From the NCBI GenBank assembly GCA_963817385.1, contig CAWFOM010000006.1, forward strand, positions 245,242-309,241: 64,000 bases of DNA. Direction: 5' to 3'. Source of the DNA: an uncultured delta proteobacterium (GTDB lineage: Bacteria; Desulfobacterota; Syntrophia; Syntrophales; UBA5619). Below are positions 19,482-29,636 of the stretch, piece by piece. Numbering within the stretch: the stretch's first letter is position 1; every line of letters starts with the position of its first letter. The position numbers and the translations under genes were made by a program. Below the pieces are notes generated by a model. The model was given only the letters and a program-made list of their open reading frames with translations, had not been told where the DNA came from and ran no database searches.

Positions 19482-20306
19482 TCATGACGGTATCCGATAC
19501 CGACGCCCCTTCCTTTCGATAAACGCCTCTTTTTCCAGATCAGCCAGATTCGTCTTCACCCTCGCCGCATTCACACCGGTCTCTTTCACGATGCGCGCCG
19601 CGGTGAGGGACGACTCCGTGACGAGCAGCTTCAGGATCATTCCCCGCACCTGACGGTTCGAATCTTCAAAAGGACTCTGGCGGGTATAGTGAGCGCTTCG
19701 CCGGTTGGAATTCCCCTGCGTCCGCTTCAGCATGGCGCCGTAGTCCATGAGGGCATTGTACCATCGCCGGGGGTTCTCCGCGTCCAGGGTCTGCCGAAGA
19801 AGCGGTGCGATCTCCCCGTCGCGGATCTTTTCCCGCTCTGCGAAGAACTCATCAATGTAGGCACGCCGGATATTCGTGTCCAGGAACACCACAGGTTTGT
19901 TGAAAGCAAACGCCATGACGGCGCCCGCCGTATAGGGGCCAATGCCGGGGAGTCCGATCAGGGTCTCCTGATCGGAGGGTAATTTCCCCCGATGCACGCT
20001 GACGACCTCCTGGGCAAGCCGGCGGAGCAGGAGAGCGCGGCGGTTATACCCCATACCCTGCCAGAGGCGGAGCAGCTCCGGGAGCGGCGCCCCGGCAAGG
20101 GACGGAAAATCCGGAAATGCGGCAAGAAACTCCGGGTATTTTTCGATCACCCGCTCGACCTGGGTCTGCTGGAGCATGATCTCGGAGACCAGGATGCGGT
20201 AGGGATTTTTTGTCCTGCGCCAGGGAAGATCGCGGCCATGGGTGCGATAGTGATCGTAGACTTTCTTCTGGAACAGATGGATCGTGGACGGAGAAAGAAT
20301 CTTCAT
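19482..20306 (-). CDS. mutY: A/G-specific adenine glycosylase, short form lacking the Fe-S cysteines
   Basis: RDLPWR, VSEIMLQQTQV, WQGMGYNRRA, HhH LPGIGPYTA, DTNIRR, LMDYGA. Confidence 0.85.
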   Translation of the reverse strand: MKILSPSTIHLFQKKVYDHYRTHGRDLPWRRTKNPYRILVSEIMLQQTQVERVIEKYPEFLAAFPDFPSLAGAPLPELLRLWQGMGYNRRALLLRRLAQEVVSVHRGKLPSDQETLIGLPGIGPYTAGAVMAFAFNKPVVFLDTNIRRAYIDEFFAEREKIRDGEIAPLLRQTLDAENPRRWYNALMDYGAMLKRTQGNSNRRSAHYTRQSPFEDSNRQVRGMILKLLVTESSLTAARIVKETGVNAARVKTNLADLEKEAFIERKGRRYRIPS

Positions 20307-20554
20307 GTGCTATCGTTAGGTACTCGCTTTTTGGGGGAACGGTAAGAAAAAGCGAGCCTGGTGTCAAGGAAAATAACCGTGAGCCCCGGGAATGCGTATG
20401 CAGGCATCCTCCTCGATTAACCTTATGCATTTTGGGTTACGAGTGGTTACGCACGGCTCTTTATGGTATAAAGCGCGTTATTGCCCGTCGCGGTGGCGAC
20501 GGGCAACGTTTCGAGGTTTTCCTGCACGGCATCGATACAGGCGGACAGGGGAAA

Positions 20555-21559
20555 ATGATTCACAGCGCAACACTCGTCAATGATCCCTTCGGTGATCCCG
20601 GCGCGTACGTGGATTTCCGGTACCGGCGGGAGGCCTTTCTGTTCGACCTCGGCGATATCCGCCTCCTGCCGCCGCGCAAGCTCTTAAAGATCGATCACAT
20701 CTTCGTTTCTCACACGCACATGGACCATTTCATCGGCTTTGATCATCTCCTGAGGATCTCCCTGGGGAGGGACCGGCGCATCCATCTGTACGGTCCTCCC
20801 AACTTCCTGCAGAACGTGGAGAACAAGCTCCGTTCCTATACGTGGAATCTGGTCGCCAACTACACCAACAACTTCGAGTTGCTCGTGACGGAGGTGCATC
20901 CGGAACAGACTATCAGCAGGCGGTATCGATGCAGGAATGCCTTCCTGCCGGAGGGCGAGGAACGGGCGGATTACGACGGCACGCTCGTTCACGGGGATTT
21001 CTTTTCCGTCAGGTCGGTACTCCTCGATCACGGCACCCCCTGCCTGGCGTTTCGATTTGAGGAAAAGACGCGCATCAACATCAAGAAAAATATGCTCAAG
21101 GAGATGGGGCTTCCCACGGGGGCATGGCTGCTGGAGCTTAAGGCGCACGTTGCGAGGGGCGAACCGGACGATCTGCCCGTCCGGGTATGGTGGCGCGGCG
21201 ACGACGGTCGGCGGGAGGAAAAAATCATGCCCCTCGGGGTGTTGCGAAACGAGGCCGTGAAGATCACGCCGGGGCAGATCGTATCCTACGTAACCGACGC
21301 CCTCTATAGCGAAGAAAATGTCCGCCGGATCATCGAGATCGCCGCTGGTGCGGATCTCATGTTTATCGAGGCGACGTTTCTTCACGCGGACGCCGATGCC
21401 GCAACGCGGAAATGCCATCTCACGGCGAGACAGGCGGGCATGCTGGCAAGGCAGGCGGGCGCAAAGCGCTTGGTTCTGTTTCATTTTTCTCCGAAGTACA
21501 CAGGCCGGGGGGATCTCCTCAGCGATGAGGCGATGAACGCTTTTCAGGGCGCGCCCTGA
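20555..21559 (+). CDS. Ribonuclease Z-like metallo-beta-lactamase fold protein
   Basis: LVNDPFGDP, FDLGD, HTHMDH, YVTD, EATF, HLTA, FHFSPKY. Confidence 0.85.
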   Translation: MIHSATLVNDPFGDPGAYVDFRYRREAFLFDLGDIRLLPPRKLLKIDHIFVSHTHMDHFIGFDHLLRISLGRDRRIHLYGPPNFLQNVENKLRSYTWNLVANYTNNFELLVTEVHPEQTISRRYRCRNAFLPEGEERADYDGTLVHGDFFSVRSVLLDHGTPCLAFRFEEKTRINIKKNMLKEMGLPTGAWLLELKAHVARGEPDDLPVRVWWRGDDGRREEKIMPLGVLRNEAVKITPGQIVSYVTDALYSEENVRRIIEIAAGADLMFIEATFLHADADAATRKCHLTARQAGMLARQAGAKRLVLFHFSPKYTGRGDLLSDEAMNAFQGAP

Positions 21560-21659
21560 TCCTGCTCGTTATATCAGTACATGCGGCCTGAGCGGCAAAC
21601 TCTCCTTCCCCCCCCCACAATGCCGCATGCAGGGTCAGAAATACAGGGCCAGAAACCCG

Positions 21660-21688
21660 TTGACATACCGGGCGGTTCTTCGTATCCT
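21660..21688 (+). promoter_or_regulatory. Sigma-70-like promoter (copy)
   Basis: TTGACA-TACCGGGCGGTTCTTCG-TATCCT. Confidence 0.6.
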
Positions 21689-21742
21689 TCCCATGCACAA
21701 GGCTTGAACAAATCGGATCCAAGGGAAAGATGGATGGACGAA

Positions 21743-22319
21743 ATGCCGAAAAATTGTGAGATCTCCGATGAGGACTTGAGGGCGGCCCGAAAGGAGATGA
21801 AGACGTATGTGGACATCACGGATGATGACCTGAAGCGGATTTTTACAATTGCGTTACGGTATGCCGAACAGAGAATTGCCCGCCGGGTTTCCGTGCGCGA
21901 GGTGATGACGAAAAATGTCATAAAGATCAGAGCTGATGCGGACATCAACGAAGTGACGAATCTCCTTTCCGAAAACAGAATCAGCGGTCTGCCGGTCGTG
22001 GACGGCGAGGACCGGGTCATCGGCGTCATTACGGAAGCGGATGTCCTGTCCATGGCGGGCATGCGAGAAGGAGCATGCGTTCAAGGATATCATCCGGCAT
22101 ATCCTCGGCGAACCGCTCCCCGGAAATAAAAGAACCAAGAGCCTCCGGGATGTCATGAGTTCCCCGGCGATAACGACCGGCCCTGACGCGGACATCCGGG
22201 AAGTAGCCCTGACGCTGGACGAAAAGAGGATAAAACGGCTCCCCGTTGTGGATGAGAAGGGAAAGCTGATCGGGGTGATTTCGAGGGCGGACATCGTAAG
22301 GACAATCGGGACAACATGA
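21743..22319 (+). CDS. CBS-pair protein (partner of HPP), +1 frameshift near 22064
   Basis: YVDIT, VMTKNV...ISGLPVVD...GVITEADV and VMS...KRLPVVD...GVISRADI. Confidence 0.85.
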
Positions 22320-22861
22320 AAATCCGTGAATATCTTTCAAAAATGAAGGGCGGGGCAACAAGCCCGCCCGGCGTGGGTTTAGATGAGGTACTGTGGGCAT
22401 TGCTGGGCTCTGCGATCGCGATATGTATCTGTCAATACATCTCGGTACGGTATTTTGAGCCGAGAGACCTGACGCTTATCGTCGGGTCGTTGGGCGCATC
22501 GGCAGTCCTTGTTTACGGCGCCATCAAGAGCCCCTTTGCGCAGCCGAGGAATCTCGTCGGCGGTCACATCGTGTCGGGGCTGGTCGGTGTTTCATGCTAT
22601 CAGCTGTTTGGCGGCACCCTCTGGCTGGCGGCAGCCCTGGCCGTCTCCGTTGCCATAGGCGCCATGATGGTAACAAAAACGGTGCACCCCCCGGGTGGTG
22701 CAACCGCGCTGATCGCCGTTATCGGCGGGCCGAAGGTGCACGCCCTCGGCTTTCTGTATCCGTTTGTGCCGGCCGGGCTGGGTGCGTTGATCCTCCTGGC
22801 GGTCGCGCTGCTGGTGAATAACCTGTCAAAAAATCGAAAGTATCCGGAGTATTGGTTTTAG
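22316..22861 (+). CDS. HPP family membrane protein
   Basis: GASAVL, SPFAQPRN, GGH, TVHPPGGATAL. Confidence 0.92.
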   Translation: MKIREYLSKMKGGATSPPGVGLDEVLWALLGSAIAICICQYISVRYFEPRDLTLIVGSLGASAVLVYGAIKSPFAQPRNLVGGHIVSGLVGVSCYQLFGGTLWLAAALAVSVAIGAMMVTKTVHPPGGATALIAVIGGPKVHALGFLYPFVPAGLGALILLAVALLVNNLSKNRKYPEYWF

Positions 22862-22873
22862 CGGAGAAACTTG

Positions 22874-22902
22874 TTGACATGCACGACCGTCCTTCGTATC
22901 CT
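22874..22902 (+). promoter_or_regulatory. Sigma-70-like promoter (copy)
   Basis: TTGACA-TGCACGACCGTCCTTCG-TATCCT. Confidence 0.6.
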
Positions 22903-22997
22903 TCCCTCGCAAAACAGTGCTTTTAGCGTATCGGTTTCGGTCAGACCGGGGTGCCCTGTTCCCTGTCGGCTCCGGTTTGTCCGGATGAGGAAAGAAT

Positions 22998-24341
22998 ATG
23001 TTCCAAACAATCAGTGCCCTGCTGGAAAAGAGAGACTGCCGTTTCACCCCGTCCGGACCCACCGTCGGGGAGATCGAAGCCCTGGCGGCGGGAATCAGGG
23101 ACCGCTTCAGCGAGCAGGGCGTACCTGCCGATGAACCGGTCTGCCTCTGCGCCGGGGAAAGATCGCACCTCCTGGCCGCCCTGCTCGCATCGATGGCGGG
23201 CGCTCCGCCTTTCATCCTGCCCCACGCATTTCACCCGCAGGTCCTCAAGGAGGTGCGCGCCGTGCGGCCTTTCCGGCTGATCCTGGCGGATACCGCCGTC
23301 GAGCCGCCCGAGGGGGTTGCCGTGATCGGGATGGAGGAGTGCCGTCCGACTCGTGATTTACTGAAGATCGTCCGTCCCCCTGATAAGGCCTTTCTTTCAC
23401 TCTTCACGGGTGGTTCCACCGGGAAACCCCGGATATGGCCCAAGACCCCCGCAAACCTGTTCGGCGAGGCCCTCCACCTCGCAAAGACCCTCGGCATCGA
23501 GGGGAGCGATCTTATAGTGCCCACCGTCCCACCGCAGCACATCTATGGCCTCCTCTTTTCGGTCCTCCTCCCCTTCGTCGCCTCAGCCCGCGTGCTGGGC
23601 CGCACCTGCACGTTTCCACAGGAAATCCTGAGCGCCCTGCAGAACGAAGAGGGCACCGTTCTGGTCAGCGTGCCGATCCACTACCGGGCCATGAGGGCCG
23701 GCGGAATCCGGCGATTTTCGCTCCGGCTGGCCCTCTCCTCGGCAGCTCCCCTCGACGACGAGGATGCCGCCTTCTTCCGGGAACAGACAGGGTTGGCGAT
23801 TACCGAAATCTACGGCTCGACGGAGACGGGAGGAATGGCGATCCGTTCCTACGGGGCAAATCACGGCTCCTGGGAACCTTTTGCCTGCATTGACTGGAAG
23901 ATCCTCTCCGACCATCTTTGCATCCGATCGACATTCGTCTCCCCCGATCTGCCGCGCGATGCCGACGGATTTTTCATGACGGCGGACCGCGCTGCCGAGG
24001 TCGGGGAGAACCGGTTCATGCTGCGCGGGCGGGCGGACAACGTCGTCAAAGTCGCCGGCAAGCGGGTGGACCTGGAGGAGATCCGGGAGAAGATCAGGCG
24101 GATTCCGGGCGTGACGGATGCATACGTCACGGCAGTTCCCTTGAAACGGGCGCGACAGGTGGAGATCGCGGCCCTGGTGGTGAGCGATCTGCCTACCCGC
24201 AATCTCAGAGCGGCCATCCGGTCGATGGACGAATCCGCCGGCCGGCCGAAGAGGATCCGGATCGTCGAGGCCATCCCGATCCTGCCGAACGGGAAGATAG
24301 ACCGGGAGCGGGTCGATCAGCTCCTCTGTGGGGAGGGTTGA
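22998..24341 (+). CDS. AMP-binding acyl/aryl-CoA or ACP ligase
   Basis: FTGGSTGKP, VPPQHIYGLLF, EIYGSTETGG, GRADNVVKVAGKRV, NGKID. Confidence 0.88.
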   Translation: MFQTISALLEKRDCRFTPSGPTVGEIEALAAGIRDRFSEQGVPADEPVCLCAGERSHLLAALLASMAGAPPFILPHAFHPQVLKEVRAVRPFRLILADTAVEPPEGVAVIGMEECRPTRDLLKIVRPPDKAFLSLFTGGSTGKPRIWPKTPANLFGEALHLAKTLGIEGSDLIVPTVPPQHIYGLLFSVLLPFVASARVLGRTCTFPQEILSALQNEEGTVLVSVPIHYRAMRAGGIRRFSLRLALSSAAPLDDEDAAFFREQTGLAITEIYGSTETGGMAIRSYGANHGSWEPFACIDWKILSDHLCIRSTFVSPDLPRDADGFFMTADRAAEVGENRFMLRGRADNVVKVAGKRVDLEEIREKIRRIPGVTDAYVTAVPLKRARQVEIAALVVSDLPTRNLRAAIRSMDESAGRPKRIRIVEAIPILPNGKIDRERVDQLLCGEG

Positions 24342-24342
24342 G

Positions 24343-25203
24343 ATGCGTAGTGGTCGTCGATGGAGATGGGGTTTATTGATGGGCCTCGCATTTCTGGTCC
24401 CGATTTTCTCATTGCCCAACATCGCCGCCGGGGCGGAAAAACCTCTTTGGGAATTGGGCGCGGGATTGGGTCTTCTTCAGATGCCCGATTACCGGGGTTC
24501 CGATAAAAACCGGATTTATCTGCTGCCCTATCCCTACTTCATCTACCGCGGCGATATCTTGCGGGTCGATCGGGAACGCGTCTCGGGACGTATCTTTAAA
24601 ACCGATACCGTTCTGTTGGATATCAGCCTTTTCGGTCAGGTGCCCGTCAAGAGTTCGGACAACGACGCCCGCCGCGGCATGCCCGATCTGGACCCGACGG
24701 TTGAACTCGGACCTTCCTTGGACATAACGCTTCTGGAAAACCGGCAGGATCGGTATAAACTGAATCTCACCCTGCCGGTGCGCGCCGTTTTTTCCACCGA
24801 TTTTTCCTCGCTACGGCATGAAGGTTGGGTATTCAGTCCGCGATTGGCATTCGAAAAAGCCGACTTCATCTCCGGGACCGGTTTGAATATGGGAATTTCC
24901 GCCGGGCCGCTGTTTGCCGACCGCGGTTACAACAGTTACTACTATTCGGTCGATCCCGCCTATGCCACCGCCTCGCGTCCTTCCTATGACGCGGGCGCCG
25001 GATACGCCGGGTCCTCGATTACTTTCGGTTTGAACAAAGGATATAAACAACTGGTGTTCAACGCTTTTGTCAGCATCACGTTTCTCCAGGGCGCCGTTAT
25101 CGAAGACAGTCCGCTGGTCAAATCCCACTATTCCGTCATGAGCGGCATCGCCGTCTCCTGGATCTTCCTGAAATCGGCAAAGAGCGTACCGGCGGAACGA
25201 TAA
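24343..25203 (+). CDS. MipA/OmpV family outer-membrane protein
   Basis: Signal peptide; PLWELGAG, PDYRGSD, RRGMPDLD, YYY-V, SPLV. Confidence 0.85.
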   Translation: MRSGRRWRWGLLMGLAFLVPIFSLPNIAAGAEKPLWELGAGLGLLQMPDYRGSDKNRIYLLPYPYFIYRGDILRVDRERVSGRIFKTDTVLLDISLFGQVPVKSSDNDARRGMPDLDPTVELGPSLDITLLENRQDRYKLNLTLPVRAVFSTDFSSLRHEGWVFSPRLAFEKADFISGTGLNMGISAGPLFADRGYNSYYYSVDPAYATASRPSYDAGAGYAGSSITFGLNKGYKQLVFNAFVSITFLQGAVIEDSPLVKSHYSVMSGIAVSWIFLKSAKSVPAER

Positions 25204-25565
25204 ACGTCTCCCGTCAGCAAATCATTTCCCGCCTCTTTTCGCATCGCCGATCGTTCCGCCGGGTAGTGATTTTTCATGGTTCATCCGGCATAAGCATTCT
25301 TTGTAAAAAGCATTTTTCTTTAACCTACCAAAATTCTTCAGCGGTAGAAACTCCGATATAATATTCATTGACAAACAAAAACGGCCCCCCTATACTTCGA
25401 TCCCTTGAAAGTAATGTCTTAGTGCGCCAGGCAAAGCTTGGCGAATCCAGGTGGTTGAGAAGACAGCCTGACAAAATTAGCTGACCGTCAGAACCGAGTT
25501 TTCATTCATGCGGGTAACTGCTATGGGTGAAGCGTAAGCATGGAGACGGCGGATGGAGTAAAAAA

Positions 25566-26822
25566 ATGGAGGAGTCAACCATAGGAGCAAAGATAGTTAG
25601 TCTGCGTGTTGCGGGTTGGTTTGGCGAAAGGGACATTGAGCTGGCGTTTCCCTCGACGTGGGAGGTGACTGAACGCCGCATGGCGGGCCACGACAAGCCC
25701 GCTCTCACCGACGAGGAGATGAGGTCAGCCCTCCGGAACCCCTTCAGCGCTCCCCGGCTGAGCGAACTGGCCAAAGGCAAGCAGAAGGCGGTCATTCTTT
25801 TCGACGACCTGCCCAAACCCACCCCCACCAGCCGGATCGTCCCCTTCGTTCTGGAGGAGATGCATGCCGGAGGGATCACCGACGACCAGATCCGTTTCGT
25901 CAACGCGCCGGGCACCCACAGGAACATGACCTATGGGGAGTTGGCGATGAAGCTGGGCGCCGACATCGTGGAGAGGTACCCGGTCTACCAGCACAACGTA
26001 TACGAAAACTTGGTGGAGGTGGGGACCACGAGCAACGGTACTCCTGTCCTGGTTAACCGGGAGTTCATGTCATGCGACCTGCGGGTGGGCATCGGCAGCA
26101 TCATCCCTCACCAGTCGGCGGGATTCGGAGCCGGCGGCAAGATCATCCTGCCGGGCATAGCGGGGATGAAGACGGTCGCCTACCACCACACGCATCTTCG
26201 CAAAGGTCCCAATAGTAACAAGGTGAAGCTGGGGCGGGTAGACGACAACCCCTTCCGGCTGGACATAGAGGAGGCGGCGCGGCTGGCCGGTCTGCAGTTC
26301 AAGGTGGACTGCGTGCTGAATAACCGCCGCGAGGTGGCGGGGCTGTTCGCGGGGGACTTCGTGGCAGAGCATCGGGCTGGGGTGAAGCTGGCGCGAGAAA
26401 TCTACACGACGGAGATGTTGAAGGAGATGGATGTCGTGGTGAACAACGGCTATCCCGATGAGTGCCAGTTCAGGCGCTCCACCTGGACTGTGCCGATTTC
26501 CCTGAGGGAGGGAGGCGATGTGGTGATCGTCAACCATGCCCACTCGGGGCAGGTGGTGCACCAGTGGAATGGGCGGTTCGGGACTGATTACGGCGGAGGC
26601 GGCTGGTCTGCCGGGGCGAAGGCCGACCACCTTACCAAGGCAGGCAGAGTGATCATCATGGCCCCGTTCCTGGCCAAGATGGACAGAATGGAGTTTGGGG
26701 CAGCCGACAAGGTGGTGTGGTACAAGAGCTGGGGGGAGGTGTTGGCGGACCTGGTGTCCCGGCATGGACCTGGCACAAAGGTAGGGGTCTACCCCTACAC
26801 GCCTATCCAGTTGCCTGTCTAG
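25566..26822 (+). CDS. LarA-like (nickel-pincer racemase/epimerase family) protein
   Basis: DDLPKPTP, GTHR, VGTTSNGTPVLVN, PHQSAGFGAGGKIILPG. Confidence 0.8.
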   Translation: MEESTIGAKIVSLRVAGWFGERDIELAFPSTWEVTERRMAGHDKPALTDEEMRSALRNPFSAPRLSELAKGKQKAVILFDDLPKPTPTSRIVPFVLEEMHAGGITDDQIRFVNAPGTHRNMTYGELAMKLGADIVERYPVYQHNVYENLVEVGTTSNGTPVLVNREFMSCDLRVGIGSIIPHQSAGFGAGGKIILPGIAGMKTVAYHHTHLRKGPNSNKVKLGRVDDNPFRLDIEEAARLAGLQFKVDCVLNNRREVAGLFAGDFVAEHRAGVKLAREIYTTEMLKEMDVVVNNGYPDECQFRRSTWTVPISLREGGDVVIVNHAHSGQVVHQWNGRFGTDYGGGGWSAGAKADHLTKAGRVIIMAPFLAKMDRMEFGAADKVVWYKSWGEVLADLVSRHGPGTKVGVYPYTPIQLPV

Positions 26823-27038
26823 TGTAATGTTTAAAACAGGGGCAATTACTCAGATAGCCCCACCATGGAGCCATAATTGACTGGCGAGTAGTATCCTCTC
26901 CCCGCGATGCAAGCAAAAAAACAGCAGCATGCCTATTATAGAGAAAAGAGAGGGGCTAAATAACACCGTCTAGCGGTGCGTCTGAACTGGCACGCATCGG
27001 GATAAGCCGGTCTCATCGTCGAAAACATTGGTAGACAC

Positions 27039-28159
27039 ATGCCCAAGCTGCCAGAATGGCTCGAAGATCTCTTTTGCAGAGCGGATATCCGCATCAACGG
27101 CAGGCGCCCCTGGGATCTGCAATGCCACGATGAAGCCGCCTACGAGCGCATCGCCGGCGATGTTTCGCTCGGACTTGGGGAATCCTACATGGATGGCATG
27201 TGGGACTGCGAGGCCCTGGACCAGTTCTTCGACCGGGCACTTTCCGCCCATCACGACAAGAAAGATCCCCCCCAGCCCCGCCATACTCGTCGGTGTGGCC
27301 AAGGCGAGGCTTCTCAACCGGCAGAACAAGCAACGCTCGCTCGAGGTTGCCAAGGTCCACTACGACATCGGCAATGCATTCTACGAAGCCATGCTCGATC
27401 CCTACATGCAATACACATGCGCCTACTGGAACGGGGCCGCCCAGGACCTTGCCTCCGCCCAGGAAGCCAAGCTCGACCTTATCTGCCGGAAACTGGCCCT
27501 CGCACCCGGCGAAAAGATCCTGGAGCTCGGATGCGGGTGGGGTGGTTTCGCGCGCTATGCGGCGGAACATTACGGCGTAGAGGTGATTGCATACAACATT
27601 TCCGCCGCACAGGTCGAATGGGCCCGGGCCAAGTGCAAAGGCCTCCCAGTGGAATTCCGCCTCCAGGACTACCGGGAAGCAACGGGCACCTTCGACAAGG
27701 TAGCCGCGATTGGCCTGTGCGAGCATGTAGGCTACAAGAACTACCGGAGTTTCCTCGAACTCGCCCACCGCTGCCTCAAACCGGGAGGGATTTTCCTTCT
27801 GCACACCATCGGCAGAAACCGTTCCGTCCATCACACGGATGCCTGGATGGACCGCTACATATTCCCGGGCGGCATGCTGCCCTCGGCCGCACAGCTTGGT
27901 CAAGCCATGGATGGACCTCTTTGTCCTGGAAGACTGGCACAGCTTCGGCACCGACTATGACCGCACCCTGATGGCCTGGCATGCAAACTTCGAGAAATCC
28001 TGGCCGCGCTTCTCCGCGGAATACGGTGAACGTTTCTACCGCATGTGGCGGTATTACCTCCTCTCGTGTGCAGGCGCATTTCGCAGCCGGCAAATCCAGC
28101 TCTGGCAGTTGGTGCTCTCGAAGGATGGAATCCGCGGCGGATGGAAAGGCATCCGCTGA
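27039..28159 (+). CDS. cfa: Cyclopropane/methylene fatty-acyl phospholipid methyltransferase, +1 frameshifts near 27270 and 27913
   Basis: GLGESYMDG, HYDIGN, MQYTCAYW, LELGCGWG, EHVG, YIFPGG, RMWRYYL. Confidence 0.88.
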
Positions 28160-29553
28160 TGGACCGGAATCGCCCGGACCTCTTCGACAGCTGGGAATCC
28201 TATCGCAAGACCTGCCGGGAACTATCCCACGCCATGGCAAGCCGGACAGGCGCTCAGGTCCGCCTGGCGAAGAAGACCTCGAACCTGTTCCGTACCCGCA
28301 AGGAAGCTGCAGCCAAAAGACTCGACGTCCGACGCCTTCACCGGGTCATCGAGATCGATCCGGAAGGCAGAACCGCCGAGGTGGAAGGGATGACCACCTT
28401 CGAGGACTTCGCCGACGCGACTCTCCTGAAAGGCCTGCGTCCACCCGTGGTTCCGGAGCTGAAGACCATCACCGTCGGTGGCGCGGTCTCCGGGCTCGGT
28501 ATCGAAGCGTCCTCCTTCCGGCATGGGCTCGTTCACGAGATGGTCGAGGAAATGGAAATCCTCTGCGGCGATGGGACCATCCGTATCTGCCGTCCCGACA
28601 ACGAGAACGCGGACCTCTTCCATGCCATCCCGAATTCCTACGGATCCCTCGGCTACATCCTTCGCCTGCGCGTGAAGCTCCTGCCTGCGAGTCCATTTGT
28701 CAAGCTGACCCACCAACGCTTCTCCGATCGCACGCAATTTCTGTCTACGATGGAAGCGGCCTGCGCACAGAGTCCTCATGCACCGGACTTTGTCGAGGGA
28801 GTCGCCTTCACACCCAATGACTTTACGCTCACCACGGCAAGACTCACCCATGATCGCGGCCCCGTCAGTGATTACACGGGCATGCAGATCTACTACCAAT
28901 CTCTGCGGAGCCGCAGTGAGGATCTCATGACCATGCGGGATTTTCTCTGGCGATGGGATCCGGACTGGTTCTGGTGTTCGCGGAGCTTTGGCATGCAAAA
29001 TCCCCTGCTGCGCCGTCTGCTGGGACGCTGGATGCTGCGTTCCAGCTCCTACTGGAAAATCCAATCCCTCTACCGGAAATGGAAGGTCGAGGAACGAGTA
29101 CATGCGATCCGCAAAATCCTGCACTTGCCTATCGAACGATTCGAACAGGTGATCCAGGATGTCGAGATCCCCATCGAGAAATCGCCGGAATTCATCGACT
29201 TCTATTTTCGCGAGATCGACATCCGACCTTGCTGGATCTGCCCGGTGCGCCCTCTTGAGGCAGCCGGGAACTGGACTCTCTATGCGATGGAACCGGGCGC
29301 CCTCTACCTGAACTTCGGATTCTGGGGAAGTGTCAGGACCTCTTCGGACACGGCCGCAGGGCATTTCAATCGCCGTATCGAAAACATCGTGAATCGGCTT
29401 GGCGGCCGCAAGTCGCTCTATTCGACATCCTTCTTCACGGAAGACGAATTCTGGCGTATTTACAACGGCGAAGCCTACCGGAAACTCAAGGCGAAATTCG
29501 ATCCGCAGGGCGCCTTCCGCAGTCTGTATCAGAAGGCGGTTCTTGGGCATTGA
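28159..29553 (+). CDS. FAD-binding oxidoreductase (BfaA/TmsA-like)
   Basis: RLAKKTSNLFR, VVPELKTITVGGAVSGLGIE, PNSYGSLGY, WRWDPDWFWCSR, GGRKSLYS; start overlaps the cfa stop. Confidence 0.88.
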   Translation: MDRNRPDLFDSWESYRKTCRELSHAMASRTGAQVRLAKKTSNLFRTRKEAAAKRLDVRRLHRVIEIDPEGRTAEVEGMTTFEDFADATLLKGLRPPVVPELKTITVGGAVSGLGIEASSFRHGLVHEMVEEMEILCGDGTIRICRPDNENADLFHAIPNSYGSLGYILRLRVKLLPASPFVKLTHQRFSDRTQFLSTMEAACAQSPHAPDFVEGVAFTPNDFTLTTARLTHDRGPVSDYTGMQIYYQSLRSRSEDLMTMRDFLWRWDPDWFWCSRSFGMQNPLLRRLLGRWMLRSSSYWKIQSLYRKWKVEERVHAIRKILHLPIERFEQVIQDVEIPIEKSPEFIDFYFREIDIRPCWICPVRPLEAAGNWTLYAMEPGALYLNFGFWGSVRTSSDTAAGHFNRRIENIVNRLGGRKSLYSTSFFTEDEFWRIYNGEAYRKLKAKFDPQGAFRSLYQKAVLGH

Positions 29554-29636
29554 CAACAGACTGGATGAAGGTAGTATTTGCAGCTTCCTGAACCGTTTCA
29601 AAGCTTCTGGAGTTGGTATTAGGGAGGAGGACAAAA

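Noticed and set aside
25428..25480. c-di-GMP-I (GEMM) riboswitch (GGCAAA-stem)
   Set aside because: No GNRA loop, no GACGCAAAG-type junction and no second hairpin.
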